Of a DNA stretch of 64,000 nt, positions 55,588 to 64,000 are shown piece by piece. A program made the position numbers and the translations under genes. Within the stretch, counting starts at the first letter, position 1. Every line of letters begins with the position of its first letter. Below the pieces are notes generated by a model that saw only the letters and a program-made list of their open reading frames with translations, was not told the DNA's origin and made no database searches. Source of the DNA: a virus; IMG/VR virus record IMGVR_UViG_3300042888_002665, one strand, 5' to 3'.

Positions 55588-57767
55588 AATCTTATCCCTT
55601 TAAGTAGATCAAATGTAGGTGCAGCAATTGGGTAAGGTCCAAGTTTTGGTGATTCTTTAGCAATTGAATTAGGATTTGCTAAACTAATAGGTTGATTAAG
55701 TAAATTATTTTGTCTTATTGATAATCTATCTGATAACCCTGTTGGTATTTGTTGAATTGCTTTAGATTTTATATCGTTTACTTTACCAAATATATTAATT
55801 GGAGGTCCAAATTGGGTATTATTTGATTCTCTTGTTACTGTAGTGAAGAATGTATTTGCTGCTAAATCTTTATTACTATTAGCTCCTGTATTATTTAATG
55901 TTTCTTCATCAGAAATAAAGTAATTAGCTGCATTTTCAATATCTTTATAGAAAAATCCACCTTCTCTTCTATATGTTGGTAAATCATTATGTATAACAGT
56001 GAAGTTAACTGAGACATTTATATTGTGTGCTAATTGATCATCTAAATCCCAACTAGATTCATTAGGTATATCATATGATAAACTATTAATTATTCCTGTT
56101 TCTCCTTTTAAATAATTTCCTAAATATAATTTAGTTAAAATCCCACCTAAACGACTTTCATTATATGATCCGGCTAATGATGATTCTAAAGCACCTAATG
56201 CTCTATGCCTTTCACGCAATTCTACAGGATTAGTACATGGAATTTGTAAACCGAATGATACACTACGTTTAAATTTATTAAATACATAAAAACTTTCTGA
56301 TCTACCTACATAACTAACATCATTCCAACTAGCATCAGATGATACTTTAAATCCATTAATATATGCTGGGAATATTATTCGGTGGAGGTTTTGAGCAGTA
56401 AATGGATTAATTAGCTGAAAAACAACAGACATATTTTTTCCATCATTTCGTTCATATGAGTTTAATTTTCCAAATTTATTAAAATAACGAAAATTATCAT
56501 CACTCCGTTTTAAACCTTGAGTTTCAGCTTTTTTGATTGGAAAACCATGAGTTTTATAGGTATATTTGGTTTCACCAACTCCTACTTTAACATTAGCACC
56601 TCCGTAATATGATATAGTAGCATCAGTAACATCACTATTTTTATTTATAATATCTTCTAGTTGTTTAACTCCTTTATTGTTAATAGCAATATTATAAACT
56701 GAGTTTTTAATTTCTTTTACAGGTGCAAATCCGGTAAATGGAAGATCAGTATCTTTTTTATCTGTAGTAGATGCTTTAACTGCACTTCTATATAGGTTAG
56801 TCACACCTGAATCAGCTTTAACTAAATCTCTAACTTCAGGAGGATAAATCTTTGTAAAAGCTAAATCGTTTAATTTCTTTAATTTATCAGTATCATTAGT
56901 AACAGATGATCTTCTGATAGTAGTAGAACCAATACCAAATCTTGAATTAGGACCCCCACTATATTGATCAATAATCATATCGACTGGAGGAGTAGAAACG
57001 TTGCTAATTTTATTTACAACATTTGATATTTGGTTAATAAGTGGACTACCACCAAAAAATCCAGCTATACCAGTAGCGGTTCCTAAAAATGATGATATAC
57101 GAGATAATGAGCTTCCTACTCTATCTTGTAGTTCTGTTTTTTTAGCTTGATTTGAGCCTAATCTTCCTAATCTTAATTTACTATATAATTTAGTTAATCG
57201 GTTATCTTTTTCACTATTATTAGCATTAACAATACTTTCATATTTTTGATCATCACTCATTACTGGTGAAAAACCATGTCTAACAATGTGTTGACCTAAT
57301 GCATTAACTGGAATTTGAGCTAATGTATTAACACCTAAATTATAAGTACGGGTAGGACCTCCAGTAGCATTATTTATCCTAGTACCTATATTTTGTACAA
57401 AAGATGAAATTTTACCAAATAATCCTGGGGGTGTAACTATTGTATTGCCTAATCCTTGTCTGGCTTCTAGTCTAGGATTAGATAACTGTAATGCAACTTG
57501 CTTAGTTAAAAATAAAGGACCTACAGGCAAATCGGTAAAGAACTTTCCAATACGAATAGTATCAGTTATACCAGCATTTGTAGAACCTATAGCACCCCCA
57601 CGTATAAACTTATCATCAAATTTAGAAAGGCGGAATTGATTAAAAGCTCTATCTACTGTGTTTATATCGGTTACAATATATGGTTTTGTAGAATCGCCTT
57701 TAGTTCCTTTTTCTCCAAACTTTAATGATTTAAGTTTAGTGTCTTTTAACTTTGCAAATAAAGACAT
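55584..57767 (-). CDS. baseplate / tail-tube-initiator-like structural protein
   Basis: FPAYING...W.DVSYVGRSE.FY.F..F.RSVSF; GIINSLSY. Confidence 0.6.
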   Translation of the reverse strand: MSLFAKLKDTKLKSLKFGEKGTKGDSTKPYIVTDINTVDRAFNQFRLSKFDDKFIRGGAIGSTNAGITDTIRIGKFFTDLPVGPLFLTKQVALQLSNPRLEARQGLGNTIVTPPGLFGKISSFVQNIGTRINNATGGPTRTYNLGVNTLAQIPVNALGQHIVRHGFSPVMSDDQKYESIVNANNSEKDNRLTKLYSKLRLGRLGSNQAKKTELQDRVGSSLSRISSFLGTATGIAGFFGGSPLINQISNVVNKISNVSTPPVDMIIDQYSGGPNSRFGIGSTTIRRSSVTNDTDKLKKLNDLAFTKIYPPEVRDLVKADSGVTNLYRSAVKASTTDKKDTDLPFTGFAPVKEIKNSVYNIAINNKGVKQLEDIINKNSDVTDATISYYGGANVKVGVGETKYTYKTHGFPIKKAETQGLKRSDDNFRYFNKFGKLNSYERNDGKNMSVVFQLINPFTAQNLHRIIFPAYINGFKVSSDASWNDVSYVGRSESFYVFNKFKRSVSFGLQIPCTNPVELRERHRALGALESSLAGSYNESRLGGILTKLYLGNYLKGETGIINSLSYDIPNESSWDLDDQLAHNINVSVNFTVIHNDLPTYRREGGFFYKDIENAANYFISDEETLNNTGANSNKDLAANTFFTTVTRESNNTQFGPPINIFGKVNDIKSKAIQQIPTGLSDRLSIRQNNLLNQPISLANPNSIAKESPKLGPYPIAAPTFDLLKGIRL

Positions 57768-57772
57768 GCTTA

Positions 57773-57997
57773 TTATTTAAAAATTTGGTCAGAATATTTT
57801 TTTCCTGTTCCTGATTTGTATTTTGATTTGTTAGCATTATCTGCTTCATCTAAAAGTGATGGGTTTCTTGTAATTTTTGGATCCCCAATTGTAGATGATT
57901 GATTATGTAATGTTGAAAGTTTATCTTCAGCATTGAATTTTGGTTTAGCTCCTTGAAAGCCTAAACGCATTTTTGGTAAGAAATCTAATAATCCCAT
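57773..57997 (-). CDS. small hypothetical protein in the tail module
   Basis: ORF between tape measure and baseplate genes. Confidence 0.6.
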   Translation of the reverse strand: MGLLDFLPKMRLGFQGAKPKFNAEDKLSTLHNQSSTIGDPKITRNPSLLDEADNANKSKYKSGTGKKYSDQIFK

Positions 57998-58030
57998 TTT
58001 ATTATTGTTGTTTTAGTATAAATATTAAAA

Positions 58031-60397
58031 TTAAGCAGATCTATATGATTTTTGAATTAATCCGGTTCCTACTGATTTAGAATCTAAATGAACATCCCAT
58101 GATTTATTCTTTAAATCAGTAACAGCTGCTGTTACTTGATTAATTGCGGCAATCATTGGAGATAAATCTATAGATTGATTATTATTTATGCGTGGGGATG
58201 TATCTAATCTATCACCTGATTTGTTTTGGGTAATATTTGGAGATACTGCTAGTTTATCACCAGCCGCGGTAATTGCTGTTTCTCCATATTTATTTGTTAT
58301 TTGGAATGGACCTCCTGAAGTTGCTACACCATCTCCTACAGATTGAGATTTAGCATCTGAATTAGCAGATTTCATAGCTCCATATACAGTAGCAATTCCA
58401 GCGGCAATTGCTAATGCCATTACTCCAAATGAAAGAGCAGTAGCTAATGTTGAAGCTGCAATAGCAGATCCTGTTAAGCTGACAAACATGCTTGCTAATC
58501 CTAATAACATCTTACCTAATGAAATGCCAGCTATAAGAGTCATAGTTCCATAAACAAGTCCAGTATGTTTAGATAAATAACCCATAGCATCTACTAGTCC
58601 CTTAAAAGGACCATCTAGTAAATTAGCAAGTGTTGTTTTTAAATTATTAAAAGTAGCATCTAATTTTTCGGCCGCTGATTGTTGTTGAAGATTTACTACT
58701 AAAGAATCAGATTCAGATAAACCTCTTTCTCTAGCTATTTGTAATTGTTCCGCTGCTGATTTACCAGATATATCTCCTAACTTGTTAAATGTTTCTTGTT
58801 GGGTTAACATCTCTGCTAATTCTTCTCTACTCATTCCAAACGCTTGTGCTAATGATCTTTGACCAATAACATTCATTTTTTCAAAATCAGCTAAAGAACC
58901 TACTTGATCTGCTATTTCTTTAGTTAAGGTAACTTGATCCCCTGTTAAAGCAGCATAGCGGGCTTTTTCTAAATTAATTTGTTTTCCTGTTACTAATTCT
59001 GCTTTTAATTCGTTTTCAATAGATGATTGAAAGTCAAGTAAAGATTCGCCAACTTTATCTACTGCTTCTAAATTTGTACCTAATGCTTTTGCTTGGGCCA
59101 CAGCCTTAGCTAATGCTTCTGGATTTTGTTGGAATTTACTTGTTATACCAGCACTAAGTTTTCCTATTTCTTGGAATACTTGTTTAGCATTTATTTGAAC
59201 TCCTGTAGATTTTTGAGCAGCTATTATACCAGCAGAAATTGATTTGTTGGTGTCTTTTAAAGTTTTATTATTTAAAACACCAAATCTGTATATTTGAGTT
59301 GCTTCTTCTACTGATAACCCCATTGTTTGGGTCATCTTAGTAAATTCATTAACAGTACCTTGACTTAAAGTAACAGAAAGTCCTAATTGACTATTAACAT
59401 CAGTTAAACTTTTAGCAATTTGTTCAGAAGAATAAACATTTTGATTTAGACCGTCATTAAATACAGATTGAGATTGTACAGCCTCAATTGTAAAATTTTT
59501 AACTTGATCTCTTGAAAGTCCTAAATTTCGAGCGGTCCCAACAATAGCAGTATCAAAACTTTTAAAAGCTTCAAACGCCATTTTGATATAACCTGTTAAT
59601 TCACTAAATCCTTTTTTAGCTAAACCTAACCCAACAGCAAATCTTGCTACTGGGTCTTCCATAGCTTCTTTGAATCCTGCTTTAGCAATCCTAAATAGAT
59701 CTCCCAATCCAACTTTACCATCATTAGCAGTTTTTCTAAGTTCACTATTTATATTATCTAAAATTACACTACTAATTCCAAACTTTTGTAATTCCTTAGA
59801 AATAAGTTTAAATGCATTTCCTGTTAATCCTAAATTATTATTAATTCTTTTTTCATTATCTATTATTTTATCAAACTCCTCATTGATTTGATTTAAATAA
59901 TTTACTTGAACCTCAAATCCTTCCTTTATTTCTTTTTGCTGATCTTCTAAAAGTTTACGTTGTTTAGCTGTAAGATCATTCTGTTGTAGTGCCTCTTTAA
60001 TATTATCTTGTTTAGTTCTAAGTGACTCTACTTCTATCTCAGCTTTCTTTTGTAAATCAGATAATTCTTTAACAGTTAATATATTAGTACCATCGACATG
60101 TTGTTGAACTTTAGCTGTTATACTACTTAATTTGTTATATGATGCATTAATAGAATTAATTAATTTTCCTGCAGAATTAAAATCAGATAATGTATTTTTT
60201 AATATTGAGGATATAGATCCAAATGCATTTCTAATATCATATATATCACTTGATAATATTCTTATTGCTCTTGAAATACCTTCAATATCATCGGGCATTT
60301 GCTCTAATGCTCTGCCCCCTAATGATCTTAATTCATCATTAAGTTGTTGAAATTGTTGTCTAAGATTATTAATTTCTTCTGGGGTAATTTCAGCCAT
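58031..60397 (-). CDS. tape measure protein
   Basis: 788 aa, alpha-helical Ala/Leu/Gln-rich, hydrophobic segment near the C-terminus; downstream of the tail chaperone. Confidence 0.8.
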   Translation of the reverse strand: MAEITPEEINNLRQQFQQLNDELRSLGGRALEQMPDDIEGISRAIRILSSDIYDIRNAFGSISSILKNTLSDFNSAGKLINSINASYNKLSSITAKVQQHVDGTNILTVKELSDLQKKAEIEVESLRTKQDNIKEALQQNDLTAKQRKLLEDQQKEIKEGFEVQVNYLNQINEEFDKIIDNEKRINNNLGLTGNAFKLISKELQKFGISSVILDNINSELRKTANDGKVGLGDLFRIAKAGFKEAMEDPVARFAVGLGLAKKGFSELTGYIKMAFEAFKSFDTAIVGTARNLGLSRDQVKNFTIEAVQSQSVFNDGLNQNVYSSEQIAKSLTDVNSQLGLSVTLSQGTVNEFTKMTQTMGLSVEEATQIYRFGVLNNKTLKDTNKSISAGIIAAQKSTGVQINAKQVFQEIGKLSAGITSKFQQNPEALAKAVAQAKALGTNLEAVDKVGESLLDFQSSIENELKAELVTGKQINLEKARYAALTGDQVTLTKEIADQVGSLADFEKMNVIGQRSLAQAFGMSREELAEMLTQQETFNKLGDISGKSAAEQLQIARERGLSESDSLVVNLQQQSAAEKLDATFNNLKTTLANLLDGPFKGLVDAMGYLSKHTGLVYGTMTLIAGISLGKMLLGLASMFVSLTGSAIAASTLATALSFGVMALAIAAGIATVYGAMKSANSDAKSQSVGDGVATSGGPFQITNKYGETAITAAGDKLAVSPNITQNKSGDRLDTSPRINNNQSIDLSPMIAAINQVTAAVTDLKNKSWDVHLDSKSVGTGLIQKSYRSA

Positions 60398-60435
60398 ATT
60401 ATAATTTAATTATATAATATAAATATAAAAAGCAC

Positions 60436-60724
60436 CTATTTTTTAGGTGCCTTATATGAATATGTTGGGTTTGAAGATTTTGGTTGAATATTAGGTCTAG
60501 CTATATCCTTAGGATTTGTTTTATTATTTAATTGTTGTTGTTGTTTTTCAGCTTCTTCATTTTGCTTATCAAAATGTTCTTTTATTTTATTAAATGTGAA
60601 TTTACGAAGCCAAATAGGCATATTATAAATTGTATGCCAATCATATCCTCCACCACCATGAAATACAATTTCATGAATGGTTGAAAATAAAATTACTCTA
60701 TACTCCTGCGTCAGGCCAAAAAAA
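60436..60724 (-). CDS. frameshift extension (GT-like part) of the tail assembly chaperone
   Basis: +1 frame opens at a T7 run and stays open through the 61-aa MPIWLRK ORF; no ATG in the first ~34 codons. Confidence 0.6.
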
Positions 60725-61462
60725 GTTTAGGCCAATCTGCACCGTTACACCCTCCTGTGTGTACCCGTCTTTTTCAACATCGACTTTTAAGTCAATATCT
60801 GGCATTATTTGGTTGTAATAATCGCGTAATGATCGTGAATCTTGCGCAGTAAGATATTTGTCAACGAACTCACGGATATCTTTAGTATCGCGTGAACCCT
60901 CAACAGATGTTATCATAAATTTTAAACGAGTAGTTAATTCAAATGAATCATTAGGGTATAATTTCTTTAATCCTTTTAATTCTTGTTCAATTTTCTTTTC
61001 ATCACTGCCATCTAACAATTTAAAAGTAATTGAATTTTTTGATTGAGGCAATTCATAAGTAAATTCATTCTTACCTGGTGTAAGTAATGATTCGTTTATT
61101 TCTTTTTCTTTTAATGTAGTTAAATCAACAAGATACTCATCAAATTCACTTTTATTTTTATTAAAAAATCTAATAGGGTAATCTTTACCATATCCCAAAA
61201 TACGAGCGGCTATTAGAATTGCATTTTTATCTCCTATTAATAAATCATTAAAATTAATAGGGGTAACTATTAATGCTTCGAGTAATTTATCAATTGCAGT
61301 TCCATTTTCGATATAGTTTCTATTAGTTAAAATATCTTCATGCTTTGCAGACATATATGACATTTCAACTTCACCCGAAGATAATGGATTATCTTTTGAA
61401 TATAATAAACCTTTTGAAGGTAGGGTGATTATTTCTGTTGGTAATTTAAATTTTGATTCCAT
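60698..61462 (-). CDS. tail assembly chaperone / baseplate hub assembly protein (gp26-like)
   Basis: LPSKGLLY, M.AKHEDIL, GDKNAILIAARILGYG, ends FFWP. Confidence 0.8.
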   Translation of the reverse strand: MESKFKLPTEIITLPSKGLLYSKDNPLSSGEVEMSYMSAKHEDILTNRNYIENGTAIDKLLEALIVTPINFNDLLIGDKNAILIAARILGYGKDYPIRFFNKNKSEFDEYLVDLTTLKEKEINESLLTPGKNEFTYELPQSKNSITFKLLDGSDEKKIEQELKGLKKLYPNDSFELTTRLKFMITSVEGSRDTKDIREFVDKYLTAQDSRSLRDYYNQIMPDIDLKVDVEKDGYTQEGVTVQIGLNFFWPDAGV

Positions 61463-61484
61463 ATAACAATTTTATTGTGCGTAT

Positions 61485-61492
61485 ATAAATAT
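61485..61492 (-). promoter_or_regulatory. representative copy of promoter motif class 2 (ATATTTAT), probable late/phage-specific promoter
   Basis: copies at 3047, 10081, 11474, 20915, 30250, 31047, 31726, 33942, 37868, 49867, 60419, 61485, 62062, 63879, mostly 5-45 nt upstream of minus-strand starts. Confidence 0.6.
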
Positions 61493-61498
61493 ATAAAA

Positions 61499-61533
61499 CA
61501 AAAAACCCCTCGACAAAATGTCAAGAGGTTTTT
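61499..61533 (-). terminator. intrinsic terminator after the tail tube gene
   Basis: CCTCTTGAC-ATTTT-GTCGAGGGG followed by T6. Confidence 0.8.
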
Positions 61534-61553
61534 AAATATTCACAATCTAATTT

Positions 61554-62042
61554 TTAGTAATTCAATACGCAGTAATCCATAGCGATTGTTAAGGAGATAG
61601 AAGTAGCAGTTTCTCCAGACGCCCAATCATATTCGCCAAAATTAGCAGTTTTGCAATAAGCACCTTTAATTACCCATTCAGATACCACATCACCAACTGG
61701 TCCTAACACGTTTAATACAACGTCTTTCTTGTAGAAATCTGAGTAACCGTCACGTCCCGTTACTGATTCATGAGCTAAACGAGCCCATTCCATTACTGCT
61801 TGTGCACCTGATGGAGCGATTGGATCGTAAAGTTCTAAAGTCATATCTTGCCATCTAACCTTACCTTTAATTTTACGGTAAGTGTTAATATGATCTAATA
61901 TGATTTCTCCAGCTTCGAATGAAGGTGACGATGCTTTTTTAATTAAATAAGCTGGAATCCCGTCTATGTACATTATGAAACGATTTTGAACTTTTGGTTC
62001 AAAAGCGGTGAACATAATTTCTGATGAATCTAATACTGCCAT
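61554..62042 (-). CDS. tail tube protein (T4 gp19-like)
   Basis: FEPKVQNRF, GK..WQDMTL.LYD, DFYKKD, W.IKGAY. Confidence 0.9.
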   Translation of the reverse strand: MAVLDSSEIMFTAFEPKVQNRFIMYIDGIPAYLIKKASSPSFEAGEIILDHINTYRKIKGKVRWQDMTLELYDPIAPSGAQAVMEWARLAHESVTGRDGYSDFYKKDVVLNVLGPVGDVVSEWVIKGAYCKTANFGEYDWASGETATSISLTIAMDYCVLNY

Positions 62043-62088
62043 TTTTTATATCTTGTTTATTATAAATATCAATTATTTAAATTTTTTA

Positions 62089-63843
62089 TTATGCTGGGAA
62101 AGCAGCTCCAGTTGGTTGAAGTGTGAAATCCAAGATAATAAATTCAGCAGTTTTAGTAGGTTGAACATAAATCTGACCAACTAATTGATTACGATCAATT
62201 ATGTCTGCTGTATTGTTTGTATCGTCCATTATTACTTTGTAAGCGTATAATCCTTGTTTTGAAACGATTTGTTCCATGTATGGATTAACGATTGATAAGA
62301 AACGATTACGTGTTACTGTTGTATTTTGTTCAAATACTAATTGACGAGAAACTGAAGAAACAAAACGTTTCAAGTTAATCAACAAACGACGAACATTTAC
62401 GCGATCTAATGATGTAGCGCGTTTTTGGAATGTTTTCTGTCCAAATGCTACAACACCTTCACCTGGGAATGTTGCTAATGGGTTAACATTTGCAGCATAT
62501 AAATCATCGCGATCAGTTGCTGATAATTTACGTTCAGCTCTAATTACAGATCCGATACCACCACGATTTAAACCTGCTGGAGCGAACCATTCAGCACCTA
62601 CTGAATCATTGAATGCATATACACCTGCCATCACTACTGATGGTGGGCACCATACTGGACGACCTAAGTTAGCGCTTTGAACTTGAACCCATGGCCAATA
62701 TCCAGCACCGTAATTTGAAGTTGAACCAGCAGCTGCTGATATTGCATTTGCTTTAGTATCTCCATAAGCAACTAAATCTTGGATAGCGAATGCATCACCA
62801 CGATCTTCTACTGTTGTAATTGCACCAGCATCAGAAACGGCAGCATTAGCTCCTAAGAACATACCTGGAGTTAATAATAAGTTAAAATCGTATTCGTCTT
62901 TATTTGTAAGTAATGATAATGCAGTAACGTATTCTGTATCAACAAATCCTTGTGCGTTTGTTGCTGTTGAATCGATTGCATCAAAGAACTTAGCATTTGT
63001 ACGGTTAGTTGCAGCAACTCCACCAGCAAATGAACCTCCGAATGAACCAGATCCTGTAGCAGGCAATGATCCTGAGAAAGTAGCAGCTTTAAATACTCCG
63101 TCGTTATCGAATGAATCTACATGTAATGTTGTAATCCCAGCAATACGAACATATTCAGAACCACCAGCAAATGAACCAGTTAATTGAACATATGCTCCAT
63201 CACCAGTATTAGCAACATAAACTGGTTTTTCATCTCCAATTACACGAGAGATAAAATTAGCTTGTTGTGGATCTAGTGATAAGTTAGACCAAGTTTCTAA
63301 AATGTTTTTATTTGTTGTGTTATCATCTCCTCTACGAATTACTAATGTAAATGTACCTTTAGTAAGATCGGTATTTGTTACTTCCCAACGAATGTTGTTT
63401 GAAGAACCAGAAGCTAAAGCACCTGCGGCTGATATTGAACCTGTACTATTTGCTTCAGCACCATAATCCTTAACTTCTAAAGTGAATGAAGCAGAAGCTG
63501 CAGCAGATACTGTAGAGCCAGATACGTTAACATATGCTTGTGCGTATGTATTATATGCTGAACCGGAGATGATACGAGTTACTAATAGTGAAGTACCTCC
63601 ACCTGAGAAATATTCTCTAGCAGCTAATGAAGTGAAGTATTCGTAATATTGGCTACCTGATTTTAATTGTTCGCCAAAATTTGAAACATATTCTGAGTAT
63701 GAAGTAACTACTGTAGGAACTAATGGACGGCCTTTAACCGTTGGTCCAACGATTGCGGCTCCAGTAGTAACAGGTCCTCTAGTAACTAATGATTTATCAC
63801 TTTCGCGAACAAAAACATTAGGTGATATAATTTTTTCTGCCAT
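62089..63843 (-). CDS. contractile tail sheath protein (T4 gp18-like)
   Basis: SPNVFVRE, YWPW, WFAPAG..RG, GQKT, DRVNVRRLL, PTKTAEFI. Confidence 0.96.
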   Translation of the reverse strand: MAEKIISPNVFVRESDKSLVTRGPVTTGAAIVGPTVKGRPLVPTVVTSYSEYVSNFGEQLKSGSQYYEYFTSLAAREYFSGGGTSLLVTRIISGSAYNTYAQAYVNVSGSTVSAAASASFTLEVKDYGAEANSTGSISAAGALASGSSNNIRWEVTNTDLTKGTFTLVIRRGDDNTTNKNILETWSNLSLDPQQANFISRVIGDEKPVYVANTGDGAYVQLTGSFAGGSEYVRIAGITTLHVDSFDNDGVFKAATFSGSLPATGSGSFGGSFAGGVAATNRTNAKFFDAIDSTATNAQGFVDTEYVTALSLLTNKDEYDFNLLLTPGMFLGANAAVSDAGAITTVEDRGDAFAIQDLVAYGDTKANAISAAAGSTSNYGAGYWPWVQVQSANLGRPVWCPPSVVMAGVYAFNDSVGAEWFAPAGLNRGGIGSVIRAERKLSATDRDDLYAANVNPLATFPGEGVVAFGQKTFQKRATSLDRVNVRRLLINLKRFVSSVSRQLVFEQNTTVTRNRFLSIVNPYMEQIVSKQGLYAYKVIMDDTNNTADIIDRNQLVGQIYVQPTKTAEFIILDFTLQPTGAAFPA

Positions 63844-63914
63844 CTTAATTTAATGATTATAATTTGGGTATTTCTACAATAAATATATAGCAGACATTAT
63901 AAAACGAAGGTAAA

Positions 63915-64000
63915 CTAAGAAAGTTCGCCTGTTTCTAAGTCTATTATCTGCTCTGGGTACGCATTTTTTAATCTATCGATTAATTCTGTTTCTTTTAATT
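63915..64000 (-). CDS. partial ORF (C-terminus), runs off the right edge
   Basis: ...LKETELIDRLKNAYPEQIIDLETGELS-stop. Confidence 0.5.
   Translation of the reverse strand, partial: LKETELIDRLKNAYPEQIIDLETGELS

Noticed and set aside
573-61046. Numerous plus-strand ORFs in the ORF track (e.g. 573-1130, 7670-8197, 8231-8854, 22154-22723)
   Set aside because: They are antisense shadows of well-supported minus-strand genes and have no recognisable motifs.
1-64000. Stop-codon reassignment (alternative genetic code)
   Set aside because: Conserved genes are full length under the standard code, TAG and TGA terminate genes at expected positions, and no suppressor tRNA is present.

Overview
A 64-kb segment of a large, AT-rich, contractile-tailed (myovirus-type) dsDNA phage genome. 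Virtually all credible genes are on the minus strand and use the standard code. AT-rich translation starts without Shine-Dalgarno sequences and TAnnTTTR-like promoter elements suggest a Bacteroidota host (inference). Left to right the window holds: two GT4 glycosyltransferases; clamp loader subunits; a tRNA-Ile2/Met(CAU) next to a 178-nt tRNA-like RNA with large insertions; a groEL-groES-hsp20 chaperone cluster; sliding clamp and family B DNA polymerase; a five-gene glycosyltransferase island (GT11, GT25, two paralogues, GT60-like) near a MazG-like enzyme, folE and a 2OG-Fe(II) oxygenase; a 21.5-30.3 kb envelope module (endolysin, holin-like protein, CsgG-like pore, cohesin/dockerin protein, beta-barrel-like proteins); a five-tRNA array preceded by an apparent leader-peptide attenuator; thyA; a heme oxygenase plus ferredoxin-dependent bilin reductase pair; queE-queC-queD-dpdA-like 7-deazaguanine genes with a candidate pseudoknot in the queC 5' UTR; nrdAB-trx; helicase, exonuclease, recombinase, SSB and a second, family A-like polymerase; and the baseplate, tape measure, tail chaperone (candidate +1/-2 frameshift), tail tube and tail sheath genes. 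All product calls come from motif recognition by eye, not database searches.
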